A stretch of DNA of 62,522 bases, the filler included, from Sphacelaria rigidula (taxonomy: Eukaryota), in NCBI GenBank assembly GCA_964200075.2. It is 10 parts of 10 records of this genome, joined end to end, with 100 filler letters (N's around TTAATTAATTAA, not from the genome) between each part and the next. Parts side by side here need not be neighbours in the genome. Positions count along the whole stretch, not along the records: positions 43,837 to 49,998 come from CAXNAA020021835.1; positions 50,099 to 56,260 come from CAXNAA020021836.1; positions 56,361 to 62,522 come from CAXNAA020021837.1; 7 more parts are not named here. One strand, written 5' to 3'. Shown one piece after another: positions 48,986 to 62,078 of this stretch. Every line of letters begins with the position of its first letter. Position 1 is the stretch's first letter. Both the position numbers and the translations under genes were made by a program. Below the pieces are notes generated by a model. It worked only from the letters and a program-made list of their open reading frames with translations, was not told the DNA's origin and searched no databases.

Positions 48986-51914
48986 CGTTGGACCTGAGGG
49001 GAAAACGACGGCCGAAACGGTAGGTGAGAGGCGATCTGAGTACGAAATAAAAGCGATATTTGGGAGTCGATGCTGAGGAGCTGTCGGCGGTTCCAAAAAT
49101 AGTGATTGGCACTCGAAAATTTAGCAGTAGGCGCCACTCTTTCCACGATGAGTGACCGCTCCCTTTCGTCAACAAGTACGAAAGATATCAGGCAAGATTT
49201 GCTGTCATGCCGTTGTAGGAGGCCAGAGAGGTCAAGCAGTCGCCAAACGGCCATCAGGTAGGGGCGTGCGGTAGGCCCATGGGACGAGGTGATCAACTTG
49301 CCAACAATTGAGGTAATGTTGCACTCACATACACACACATCTGCAGGCGCTTGATCTCGCTTCTCGATCCCCAATTGATTTTCCACAGCCATCAAAACAA
49401 GTCAACGGGATAGTCAGTGCCCCTGCAGAATGTGCCCCACTTCCGGTGCCCCTCAAAAGATTCGCGGAACAGAGGCGAAGAGTTTAGCGTGGAGGTAGTC
49501 ACCCATTTGGGCAGGTGACTGAAAGAAGGCATTGCTTTCCGAAGCGTCAGATCTCCCACGCGGTAAGGACGCAGTCGTAAGACCTGGAGGATGGCTACTG
49601 GATACGTTGTCAGAGCTTTGCAAGTCATGTGGGGTGAACATGTCTCATTAGCTCCTTGAACCAAGCGCACATTGCTTGACACGCTGCTTCCCTCCCGGAG
49701 TTGCCGTGTCAACGCAAAACCACGCAAGCAATCTAAGCTGACTTTCACTTTTACTTCCTCTGTGCCATAAGTAAAGGTCTTTATGGGGTACAAATCATAT
49801 CTCGCCAACCTAGTCACTCACGATACTACCGATAGGCTTGTTGAAAAGCTATGGATTTGAGGATACCTCTAAAAAAAAAAGGTTGAATCCGATTCGTAAT
49901 TACTGAGAAATAGTGTGTCGAATATTGGGAATTTTGGCGGGTTTTCTGGGATATATTTGAGAACTATTATGAGAATTGCCTTGTTTTTAGTGTGGGGGNN
50001 NNNNNNNNNNNNNNNNNNNNNNNNNNNNNNNNNNNNNNNNNNTTAATTAATTAANNNNNNNNNNNNNNNNNNNNNNNNNNNNNNNNNNNNNNNNNNNNTT
50101 CGTACCTTTCTTAGGCAAAAAACGAGAAGGTATACCTTTTCTAGGCCATTGCCCTATTTATTTTGTGTGTATTTTTCTCCGCCTGGAACACTGTCGTGTG
50201 CCTACAACTACACGTCGATATCCTACTCAAGTATTGTATATCAAAGGCTTCAGTGGCAGGCTACTACAGCAAGTGTATCGCGCCTCGTGGAGGGGCATTT
50301 CGGAACTGAAACATTTTATTCGTTGATTGACCGCTCACTCTCAATCGCACCATGGACTCTCGATCTCACTAACCCATTGTTATACAGTATACATCCATGT
50401 ATTTCGCCAGCGGCTAAACATACCTAATCCTTAGACAGCGATCCCCCCGCTGGTAGACTGAGGTAGACACTCCACTTTTGGGGTTCAGAATCATTCCTTT
50501 GTCACAACTCAAAATGCCTCCTCTACGGCGGAAGGGACCGGGGGTGCACAAGAGGCACATAGTTGTGGGAGTCAAAACACAGACGGTGGTGTGGTTGTCG
50601 ACCACCCGATCATTACGCCGCATATTTTTCTGTGCACCCTGTAGTGTATCGTGCCGCGGCTGCACGTGCGGTCTGCAGCGTACTGGATCTTGCAGTGTTG
50701 AACGTGCCGATTGTATGCAGCGTGCGTTTGAATATCTCACCATAACTACCGCCGCGAACGCCCCTGACTACCGTATAGAGCATTTGCTCGGCGATGGCGG
50801 TCGCCTCACCGTCGAAGTACTTGTCTACATTTACGTGCGTGGAATACTCGTGGCCGCCGCTCGCGTATTGCGCCATGACGGTCAATACCAGATGGAGGTG
50901 TGGAGCTAGTAGGACGCTCAGGCAGTACTTAACAGACAGACACAGTGTACCGAAGATGCTCGAACACCTGCTTTTTGGTTATATAATCTATTATGGTCGA
51001 TTTGGCATGATCAAGATGAGATTTGAGGGTAGACGGCGAAGGTGTCTCCCAGCTGGCTACCTCTACCGGAACAAAAAGGCTCATTTTTGACGACCGTGAC
51101 TGGTCAGATTGGTAATCCCGCGCCTCTCGGGCCTCGTGCACGGCTCATAATTTTCCGCGGGAAACTTCCAAACACACATGGTTGACTCCGTGAGCTTCTC
51201 CGATGCTCCGCGGAGAGACACCCCCCCCCTCTCTCAAAAATCTCCCCCCCTGAGCTCTGGAAACCCCGGGATGTCTCGGGACTGTCAGCCTGTACAACTG
51301 TTCCGAGGCGACGCTCGTCGTCTAAGGATTAAGGCCGTACTCGACACCGTGTACACATTTCCGTTGGTTCTGTACACGGGAGCCGCCTCTACAACGCGGA
51401 CCGCCGGAGCCTCTTTTGGGGTCAGGTCTATCACTCCTGACCCCGCCGCGTCTCCTCCTTTTCCTTCCTCCGGCGACTCTTCCGATGTTTCCGCGTCTTG
51501 CACTGTTTCCACCGCTGACTCTCCCATGAAGGAGTCACATGTGTTTGGCCAGTAGAGTCGCTCATTTTGATAATACCTACTCGACTACCCGTCAACTCGA
51601 TTACTCAATGATGATGAAGAGTAGCGCTTTGTACTGAAAGTGATATCGAAGGCGTTGCGAGGTATAGAGTATGTACTGCCGTGGGTGGGGGTTGGTACGA
51701 TGGGGCGCTGGGGCAAGCAGGTTCATTGTTCATTCACCCGCATGCTTCTTTTTTTCTTTATGGCCATCATTCGCTCATACTCCCTGTAGTTTGTAACGTA
51801 ACGCCACCCATCTAATTGATGATCATCGTTCGCCCATGTATTCAACATAGTCAGGGAGGTGACGTCACGAAGTCGCCGACGGTCACGGATACTCACCATA
51901 CCCAGGTGATACCG

Positions 51915-52221
51915 TACTCTATACTCAAGTATTACTGAGAGTGCTTACTCAACATTTGAGTAGGGTATTAGAGGTCGTACTCGATCTACTCGAAATTTGA
52001 GTAGAGTATGTGAGGCCGCACTCGACCTACTCAAAAATTGAGTGAGAGTATTGAGGTCATACTCAACTAATATTCTATACTCAAGTATTACTGAGAGTGC
52101 TCACTCATTATTTGAGTAGAGCATTGAGGTCGTACTCGATCTACTCAAATTTTTGAGAAGAGAATACTCGAGTATTTCACTCGAGTACCCAAAAGTGCAT
52201 ACTCTACTCGACCTGCCCTTG
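51915..52221. repeat. Tandem about 41-bp TACTC/GAGTA motif array ending in a hAT-like TIR
   Basis: Repeats of GTACTCGA.CTACTC.AAATTTGAGTAGAGTAT ending CTCTACTCGACCTGCCCTTG. Confidence 0.8.
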
Positions 52222-53439
52222 GAACAATGATTTACTCCGTATTATTTTGAAGTCAAATCTGAATTTGATTCGACAAAAAAGTTTGATCACATCAGCGACA
52301 ACTACAGACGGCCCTGTACTTCCATCAACTCATTCTCGCACACGATATGGTGATATATACATGGACCTCGGCCCCGTTCACTGCTGCAACACTTTGCACA
52401 TAGTGCTCTATATTGTCTGTAATGGCAGGGAACAACAACCAGCATCACATACGATAGCTCACATGTGCAAGATACACATGCACTCCACCATAATGTTGCA
52501 GTGGTGTGCTGTGGTATGGTCTGTATGTGCTCCTTTGTGTACCTGCGGCTCGCGTAGCTCAGCCTCCACTTGAGGCTGTTGTACTCCTCACATAGATTCG
52601 CGGGTTCTTTATCATTGCTTCTACTGCTTCCACTGTTGCTTCTCCCTCGCTTACGCCCACTTCCGCCCCCATTGCTCCTACTATGCTGGACATCCATACT
52701 TGGTGCTGTAGCACTTGCGGCACAATGGGCACCCTGTCGACTGCAACTGTTCGAACATGCGTCGATGGCACCTGGCGCCAACGTGTAGCTTACAGCTACA
52801 GCGCAGGCGGCAGCAGAAGCTGACGCACATGTTGCCGCTGATATAATCTGATTTATAGGCGGCATTAGCTAGGGTCACCAGCGACGAACACTGTTGCAGC
52901 TGCACACACGTGGAGGGTTGGTGTTGAAGGTATTTTTCGTTGTGTTGCAGTCTCTAGACCTCAGACCCGTAGTCTGATTGGTATGCACCAGGGAGATGGA
53001 ATCTACTCGTGCATTTGTCAATCATTTGGTGAACCATTTCTTTCAACCACCGCAGATGGCTATTCCACCAACTCTAACCGCCACCGAAGACATGAATCCG
53101 AGCTGGAAAGATTTTGTTCATCACAATGCAGCAGCCTCCGCTAGTCGAAATTGCCCACCTTCAAAAATATACTGAGCATTGCAAAATGGCTATTCTAGAC
53201 AATACTATTGAATTCAGTTCACCGGGAAATATTTTCTGAAGATACAACGTTCATGCCGACCCTGACAGCCTGACAGTGCCTCCCTCGAGAGTGTACTCAA
53301 GCCCTGCCACCCTGCCGACGCGGCTTGAATCGTACAAGGGGCTGATTGTCTGAGAAAGGCGTATATTCCCCCCAGCATTTGACCTCAGCAGTAACGACCA
53401 TTATAAACAGCAGCAGTAACGTCTGCCCATCTGTGGATC

Positions 53440-53862
53440 ATGTGGGGTAGCCCAACCGCAGCAGCACTCCTGCTGGGGTGTGGAACCGCGCACGCGTTTG
53501 TCGCACCTATAGCACCATTGCGATTGCATCACCCACTGAAACACGCAACCACGCGGGCACAGCTCGGAGGTTCAGGCGGTCGCAATGCTTTCACTAACAC
53601 CGACAGGGACAACAGTTGCACGGGCAGAAGTATCACCGGGTGTCAAATAAGGCAGCGTACCAGACGGCCTCGCGGGGCGGTCATGATACCTTCAATGGTA
53701 TTTAGAGGCGGAGGGGGTTTCGGGGGAGGGGGATTGGGAGGGGGGGGGGACAGGCAAGGCGGGTTCGATGTTGACCTTGGGACGGTTGTCACGCTTGGGT
53801 TCGCGCTCCTACTCTTTTTCGCACCGGGGGTAATATCTGGCGTCTTCACCACCTTTTTCCTG
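53440..53862 (+). CDS. First exon of a putative plastid-targeted membrane protein
   Basis: Signal peptide ending AHA-FVAP (ASAFAP-type), R/T/S-rich transit peptide, Gly-rich linker, hydrophobic helix, donor CTG|GTGAGT. Confidence 0.75.
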
Positions 53863-54178
53863 GTGAGTGCTTTGGGGCTAGTGTTGGAGTTACTTGGCTA
53901 CCTGGGCAGTCGCCACGATGTATGTTGTACAGGATGTTGGTACAGTAGTAGCTGATTTGCCTACTGATTGATTGATTGGTTGATGGATGGATCGATTGTC
54001 GCACTTCAACTACTCCTCGCCGACTACGTGTGTGTGCCTTTGAGACGTACACGTGGAGACGACTACAGTAAGGTCTGGTTCAGAGCTGTCTAGAGGGTGA
54101 AATAGAACAGTCAGCTCCGCAGTGTATAGTTCCTCTGCGATTTTATTCCAGCGCAGTGAACGTATTGGTGCAATCATG

Positions 54179-54922
54179 CAAGGGCAGGTCGAGTAGAGTA
54201 TTTTGAAAGACGTACTTGAGGTATTTTAGTCAGCATCAGAACTATTCCTGGTTATTCTAGGAATTACTCGCGTGCTACACCTCGATAGAATTCCAAAGTG
54301 CCAGCGTCGGTAGATTTTGGTATAATAAACAGATCGTCCGCAAAACACAGTGCCCAAATTAGTGTTACTTGGTGTTATCGGGCGATACGGGTAGATACCC
54401 CGTTTATCAGGAGGGTGTTATTGACCGTGAAACACAGTTTTTCGGCTGTAGTGCAATGAGTAGGTATAATTTGAAAATAATACAATTTCAGTTTCTTCAC
54501 AATTACAATCGAAATAGGCTCGATCGATCGAAAATACCAAAGAGTCAAAATCTGGGCTAAAAAGTGGGAGGGCCCCCGATGACCGGTCAGCCCGCCAGTC
54601 ACTCAATATGGAGTACTGATGATTTTGTTTCGTGGAAAGTGGAGTGTGTACAAATATCTTCAGATCCACAATGTGAAAAAAGGTGGCGAGCGAAAGAGGG
54701 CCCAAAAGAATCGCCAATTACGAAAAAATCACAAAATGAATAGTTCAGACGCTAGTTACTTACATATTCAAATTAGTGTAGAGTGTTATGGTAAGAGTCG
54801 TTTTGTACCCGAAAAATATCTGGAAACAGATCCCTGAAACCCTACCTACTCCCAATGTGAACTTTGAGTACGACTTTCAAAAATGCCCCGCAATTGAGCA
54901 TACTCTACTCGACCTGCCCTTG
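54179..54922. mobile_element. hAT-like non-autonomous element
   Basis: 22-bp perfect TIR CAAGGGCAGGTCGAGTAGAGTA with 8-bp flanks CAATCATG / CAATCATT. Confidence 0.85.
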
Positions 54923-55039
54923 CAATCATTGTTTCGGGTTCAGCGGGCTGGAATAAATCGGGTGAACACAGCTTCTTAGCTCTGGGAAACTGCGTCATGA
55001 AAGCACTGGCACGAGTGATGCAGCAACATCCTCAAGTAT

Positions 55040-55268
55040 TTACTCTACTCGATGTTCGAGGAGGTCGAGTACGGCCTCAAATAGTCTACTCAAATTTTGA
55101 GTAGGTCGAGTACGGCCGCCAATACTCTCCTCAAATTTTGAGTAGGTTGAGTACGACTCTCGAATACTCTACTCAAATTTTGAGTAGGTCGAGTATGGCC
55201 TCAAATACTCCACTCAAATTTTGAGTAGGTCGAGTACGACATCAAATACTCTACTCAAATTTTCAGTA
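55040..55268. repeat. About five tandem 41-bp units (TACTCTACTCAAATTTTGAGTAGGTCGAGTACGGCCTCAAA)
   Basis: Direct reading. Reverse-complement relative of 51915-52221. Confidence 0.9.
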
Positions 55269-55304
55269 CGAGCTGGGCCAGCCGAGAAGCGATTCTGCAG
55301 TTTT

Positions 55305-55765
55305 CAGGCCGATTATACGGGCAATACTTGGAGTTGGACCCTGAAATCTGGTATGGACAATGAGTATGGTACAATAACAAAAATTACTGGCGTACACGAG
55401 GGATTTTTTTTTTTCATGAGTTAAGGGCATTTTACCGATATCTGAAAACTGATTATTGCCCTTAACTCATTTTAAAAATAAAATCCCTTGTGTACGCCAG
55501 AATTTTTTTTCATTATGCCCTACTCATTGTCCGTACCAAATTTCAGGGTCCAACTCCAAGTATTGGCCATATAATGCGTACACAAGGGATTTTTTGTTTT
55601 TATGAGTTGAGGGTATTTTACCGATATCTAAAAACTGATTATTGCCCTCAACTCATTTTTACAGTAAAATCCCTTGTGTACGCCAGTAATTTTTTTCACT
55701 TTGCCCTACTCATTGTCCATACCAAATTCAGGGTCCAACTCCAAGTATTGGCTGTATAATCGGCC
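55305..55765. repeat. Composite inverted/direct repeat (foldback-like)
   Basis: AATACTTGGAGTTGGACCCTGAA at 55323 vs TTCAGGGTCCAACTCCAAGTATT at about 55542 and 55727. An internal block of about 185 bp is duplicated. Confidence 0.8.
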
Positions 55766-56360
55766 GTTTAGTGACAGGGTCAGAAGAAATTCGGAACAAT
55801 ATGTTGCAGGCCATTTACCGGCCCACGTTCTGTGTTTGTGTGTTGAAATCTTGTGTGGGCGCTCTCTAAGGCATAATTAACAAAAGAAAGTAGGTCAGGT
55901 TAATTTTTTCAATTTTTCCCAGTGGCTTAGGGCGTTCCACTATGGTAAAGACCATATTTCACGAGAACGCCTCAACCTCTATGAAAAAGAGAAAAAATGG
56001 AAGACCCATTTTTTTGTTCTAATCGGCACTCTTGTTTGGTTCTCCACACCAAAATTCATCGCGATCCGCAAAATGCATCGATCGGGAGTTTCATAGAGAT
56101 TTTAGTATCGGCGCTATTTCCGGTAGGTATAGGAATAAGTAGACATGGGGTTTAATCAACAAAAAAATATGGGACCAAAATTTTGAGCAGATGGGCACCT
56201 TCCCCTTGATTAGACGATAAATACGATGTGCGGATCACGGCCCAACTCGTCTGTGTCGATNNNNNNNNNNNNNNNNNNNNNNNNNNNNNNNNNNNNNNNN
56301 NNNNTTAATTAATTAANNNNNNNNNNNNNNNNNNNNNNNNNNNNNNNNNNNNNNNNNNNN

Positions 56361-56426
56361 CTTTGTAGGGATGCGAGGTCAATGGTCTGATGACTATGGC
56401 ATGCATGATCATGAGTACACCCCCCT
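56361..56426 (+). mobile_element. Family A near-consensus copy at the contig start
   Basis: CTTTGTAGGGATGCGAGGTCAATGGTCTGATGACTATGGCATGCATGATCATGAGTACACCCCCC. Confidence 0.9.
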
Positions 56427-59400
56427 CTATCCGCTCGCCCCCTATTGTGCGCCTGCGCCCATTTTTTAACGCTATTTTTGCAGTGATGATTTTCATGCAA
56501 AACGAAAGGTTTTTGCCCTTTTTTGTTCTGTGCCTGTACACCTTTTGATGACACGCTACTACGGTATGTGTGTGCATGTGTGTGTTTTTCTTTCACGTGC
56601 TATAAACGTGAATGACTATGTCATTGGCCAGGCAGATTCCCCACCCACAGAGACGAGAGGAGAACGACGAAGCTTGCCTCCAGTTTTGCTCGGTTGAATC
56701 TTCACCTAATTGAGTCGAGTTGAAATACACGAAATTCAAAACCTCGAGTATTTGCCTTCTTTCGTCCTTTTTTTCGTGTGTGTGTGTTTGTGTCCATTTT
56801 AGGAAGCGTTCGGCCCGACAGAGTCAGCTGGAGCACTAGTGGTACTGGCAGCGCTTTTCCTAGCTACCTACGACCCCGAGAAGACACCTTCCGGAGAAAG
56901 TATAGATGGCGCAGTTGTGAAAGATGATGCAAGAGAAGAGGAAGGAGGCAACTTGATGACTTGAAGTTGTCTTGAAAGCGTCGACAGCGTGGTTTCAATA
57001 AATATGTCAGACGTGTAACCTGGCGGGCCAAAAAATATTGTTGAACAAGCAGCAAGCAGACCGCGGCCAGTGCTGTGCTCCCCGCGTTGTGGGTGACGAC
57101 GTAGTTTAGTTGGTTGGGTGGTTCATATTTTGTTTGTTGACATTTGTCATGATCATGTTTTGAAAAGAAATTGAATAGTGATCCGATGTACTGTTTTGCC
57201 GTCATCCGATGGCGCCGCATCATGTATCGACTCTCAGGGTCTTCCAGAAAAACTAATTCCTCAGAGTCGTGTTTGCATGGAGCCATGACGGAGGGACGTG
57301 ATGGGTACGAGTCATGATGTCGCTGATTGAGCTGGGCTGCCCTTAGTCGTACCCTTTCACCCTCCGAGTGTGATGTCTCCGCGCAGTTTGTTTCGCCGTT
57401 GATTCTCATGGCACGCTGCACCATTGTATTATTTAGCTCATTTTGTTTTGTTTGTATTTGACCCGCAGTGTGTGACTATTGATCAAGGGTGATTCCCTCC
57501 CTCACTGCGCATGCGTTCCAGCAAGCTCACGAAACCTCGTGGGTGAGAATTTCATGCTTCCACGGAAAACCGGCTATCGCTGGCGCTGTGTCGGTACTCT
57601 ACTATCCTTGTAGAGTCTTGGTTCGTGTATGTATGAGTGTCGCGTGGAGCGAACTCATGCTGACAGTCCCAAAGAGGGTGGGTCTCTCCTTGAGGGCCTG
57701 ACGGACAAGTAGCAAGCTGATGATGGTGGGAAAATGACCATCGTGTGGATGTTGTCTAGGGGATCGGAATTACGGAACCCGAGGAAGGTCGAGAACGTGC
57801 TGTGCAGATAGGGCCTGACCGAAAATATGTTCTTGGCCATTGGCTTTTGCGCCACTTGCGCTGTGTTCAGAGAGAGCAGGGGGATACTTAGTGGTTTTTG
57901 GCAGGATGAATGCAAAATCGTTTTGCTTGAACGCCGGCTATGAAATGGATTTGGTATGGCTTCATACCCACTTCATGGTTTCGTGTTTGGCACTGGCCGT
58001 GCTTCCGCGGCACACGAGGTACTGCGGCGGAGTTTGACCTTTGATTACTGAATGCCGAAGCCGGAAATCAGCCGTCGCTCGCACGCGCTTGCCTTGCGTC
58101 ACGGATGGTAATCACTGTTATTTTGTTATTATTTACGCTCATCAACCCGATCTCTCGAACCCGTGGTCATTGACGAGGTTTGTTTTTCTACGAGTAGCCG
58201 CCTCGCCCCGCTGGTACAAGAGGTGAATCTATTCATAATATTCTGCCATGTCAATCCGACGACAGCTAACGGGGCTGACAAAAAGTTTACAAAATTGCCG
58301 CATCTTCCTCAAAAAGGAAACAACGAAGGTGTAACTTTGGATCCATTGGTTGGTTTTGGGGATTTCGATCGCATTGCAAAATATGGTGGGTAGGTACACA
58401 CCGAATATTTGGGTTCCCATACTCGTCGCAGAAACAAGACTTGGGGATTTACGTGCAGCTGCGCTGTGTTTGTACGCCTAATCCCCCAGAATACCGCCTC
58501 CATATTTCTAAAAGGAATAACACTCCATGTTCATGTTTTGCTCCTCCAGCGAGATACCTTACAATACATCACACGCAAACACATCGAGAGCCTTCCGAAA
58601 ACGCACACATAATCAGTGCATGACCGCAAGTTTCACGTGTGTACGCGCTGTGAAGGCAGTACTGCAAGCACCGTCGCATTGGTGCAGCATGCCACAACAA
58701 CAGAAACAAAAATATAGTTGAATGTACAAGAGCCCTAATAAATCCGAGTAGCATCCGCCTTCCGCTCCACGCCCCCCTCGTGGCTTCTTTAACTGCACTA
58801 CAGTTTCCCAAGAGGACGCACGACATTTTCAAACATCCAAGCCTCGCGCGCGCGACATCCGCAGGCCTTCTGTACTCCTACACGAGCAAAGAGTGCTCAA
58901 TATTCAAGACTCTCTTCCATCACTCGAACGAAGAACTGGCAGCTAATACAGTAGCATCGGCAACAACACTGCGATGATCTCTCGATCAATCTCAGTCCGC
59001 TTCAAGTTTCCAGTTATACGAATTTTTGTCCAAGGCCAACCCAACGAGCCACAATGAAGGCAGTATCTCAAGTATAGGCCTACGCGGACACACTGCCGCC
59101 TCCTGCTTGGCTAGTGGTCGCGGCCCAGCACAACAAGTCATCAACTCGTCACATGCGCGACGGATCGTGCGCTTTTATGCTATTGTCATACACTACAACG
59201 AACACTATACACGAACACTTTACACGAACACTTTACACGGCACGGAAAACAAAACGAAGAAAGACGGGGAAGAAAAAAAAAACGAGCCCAAACCGTTCCT
59301 TTACACTAATAAAAACCATCCCCAAATGGCGGACATATTCCCGGAACACCATCTATTTCTGTGTCTGCGTGAAAATAACACGTCCGTTTCACTCGCGATA

Positions 59401-59649
59401 GCATCAACTATCAACATCTTGGAACAGCAGACACAGACTGCACACCACACCACACCAACTAGATTGCTCTGGCACCATGCCACCCAGTGATCGATCGCCA
59501 CGTCACAGAGCGTTTGTTACATACAAGATAAATATATTGCCCAATCAGAAATGCCGCGCACATGTGTTTACCACCTTCTGTCCCGCCTCTTTTGTCGTGC
59601 TTTTAACCCCCCACCCCCTGCTTCCAATCTCAACAGGATGCAGCTCACC

Positions 59650-59802
59650 CTTCATGCGACTCGACCACACATCACAGCGCTTCGGGCTTGTCCGGCGAAG
59701 ACCCGGCGTACTCCGTCCCGGCTTATAGGGTTGCGGAAGTCAACAGTCTTATGAATACGACATGCAAGATATGAGTACACCACCCCTCCCCCTCCTCCTC
59801 CC
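59650..59802 (+). mobile_element. Family A longer, diverged copy
   Basis: Upstream part matches the reverse complement of 25265-25312. Tail ATGAGTAC followed by a C-rich run. Confidence 0.75.
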
Positions 59803-60617
59803 AAGTGGGACTCTGCAGTCTTGGTGGATACACTCACCTATCCCGGGATCTTCAATTGATTGGTCGATTGATTGACACACATCAACCGTCACCACGGGAT
59901 ACATGTACCCGACGTCAACAAAACGGGAAAATTCGCCAGAGAAACCTCGGGACCGGTGAATTCCCGCGCGTGTCCGTCGAGGATTCATCACGCCTCCACG
60001 GTGGCACTACCCAGTAAACAACTGTATACGTATGTCGGCTGAATGAAACAGAGGTCCAGGGTTCGAACCTCGATCCCGATCGTCGTGACCAATAATGAAA
60101 GAGTACCCCAAGGTCAAGCGCGCGGCCAAAAAACCCTCAAAATTGGTGGGGGATGGGCAATCAGATTTCACTCATCCGCGAACAAATCTTCTGCGGAGAT
60201 TGCACGCTTGGGTACCCTAATACACGCCGGATATCTTTGAAAAGAGGTGCAGCGATATCTTCAATACTAGCAGGTGAGAGCGCATATTCCTAAGGTACTT
60301 CTCTCGCCCCAAAAAAGCAAGAAGAGACCCATCGAGAAGGGGATGAGGGATGGGGCGGAGATACTACCCTACGATTGATTGATTGTCGCACATTAATATC
60401 AACATTAATATTACCAATAACGGATCAATATCACCACGAACCCAACCGGGGTCAAAACATGGACGTGCCCAAGCAAAATAAACGGAAACAATCGTCAATA
60501 AAGGAAACTTGAAAGGGGAGTAGAGAATGGACTTCATGGGAAAAAACGGAAAGGGGAGTAGAGAAAAAACGGAGCATTCAGGAAACCATAGGGGGACAAC
60601 GATAACACCCCCACTAA

Positions 60618-60624
60618 TAACAAT

Positions 60625-60703
<79 letters not shown>
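60618..60703. repeat. (AAC)n microsatellite
   Basis: Direct reading. Confidence 0.97.
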
Positions 60704-60704
<1 letters not shown>

Positions 60705-61178
60705 GCGCAGGCCCCCTGCTGCATGGTTTCCGGGAAGGGAGCGGTACAAAAGCAAAAGCGAAACGAGACAAAATTGAACAAGGATGTGAAAGGAGGTGGC
60801 AACTCAGCTATTAGCGCAGCAGCTCTCACCCACCATGAGACCTGCAGGATTGAAACAGCCAACAGCCAACATCATACTGTACGGCACCGAAAAACAAAAG
60901 GTGGGATAAGGAAGCAAGAATGAAAGAGACACCGATGGGGCGAAGTACCACACGTATCCACCATCTACCTCTTCACACAAAATGTATCAAGGACAGTAGG
61001 GCTAGACTATGAACATCTATACCCCCCGAAGAAAACTCGAGAGCGGGAACAACCGAGGATCGGGTATTTTCCCGCTTCAGAAATGAAATCGAGGGAAGCG
61101 GAAGACGGCAAAGGAATCAAGCTAAGACGACGGACTCGGCACAGGGGAAGCAGCGCACGTTTCGAGCGTATTACAGTA

Positions 61179-62078
61179 TTATTGCCCGACGTCCAGCAGC
61201 CTCGACCCCGCCGTGAACGATCGAGCATGTGAGCCATAACCTGCGCACAAATCTAGGCTTCCGCGTGATCCCGCTGCAAGTCGCGCAGCAGTGCCGATCA
61301 TTCAACTCGTGTGCACACACGCATATACACACACGTGCCTGAACCCCACACCCCCATCAAACAATCGCAGGAACCTCCCCCACCCACCCCCGATTAAAAA
61401 CAAGTCCTGTCAAAACTGCAAACTGCAAACTCCAAGCCGCGCGACTTGGATTAAAACCGTGAAACACCCTCTCCCCCCCCCCTTACCACAACGAGCACGA
61501 ACAACAAAAGAAACAAGACACGGATTGCAAGGCCACAGTCTAACCTGCAACGTCTTCCGAATCACTCCCTTCTGCTAACCCCCGAACGGCATCTTCTTCA
61601 ACACCCTTCTCTTCCCTCCCTGGGTCATCACCCACCGCGCTACCCCCCGGTAACTTGATATCCCACGTCAACCCTCCTCCATCACGCTCACCATCCCAAC
61701 ACCGGTACCCTCGTGCATCATTGTCCTCATCAGGCAGCCAGGTGGTAGCCTCTCGCCGCGTTGGCGACTCCACCGCCGCGGTGGCTACAGCATCATCAAC
61801 GCAATCACTGTCTTCATCAAATATCCCCCCTGGCGTCCGGAACATAAAATGCGCGCCCAACACGGTGGCGGAGGCAATGACGCTGCCCATTGCCGCCGAT
61901 GACATGGTGGTGGTCACTGTAACCGCAAATAGAGTTGCGGCAGGAAGAACTATCACTAGGCACGCGCCGAAACGTCCGCCCGGTACGCGGAACGGTCGTT
62001 GGATTTCTGGAAGCGTTGCGCGTAGCCGATAGAACGCTGCGAGTTCTAGAATTGTCTGGAGAGTGTACAGGAAATTGC
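61179..62078 (-). CDS. APC-superfamily amino acid/polyamine permease, 3' exons 62078-61545 and probably 61240-61179
   Basis: NFLYTLQTILELAAFYRLRATLPEIQRPFRVPGG plus two hydrophobic helices. A phase-1 splice gives the terminal GYGSHARSFTAGSRLLDVGQ*. The alternative is a stop at 61540-61542. Confidence 0.85.

Noticed and set aside
55040..55268. CRISPR-like array of palindromic repeats
   Set aside because: Units are head-to-tail with no unique spacers, there are no cas genes, and the context is eukaryotic.
6164..56360. Regularly spaced TTAATTAATTAA as a biological periodic element
   Set aside because: It is embedded in fixed N-runs and is a six-frame stop linker added during concatenation.
56385..56420. 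Hammerhead ribozyme (CTGATGA) in family A
   Set aside because: There is no downstream GAAA core, and CTGATGA is not conserved in other A copies or in family B.
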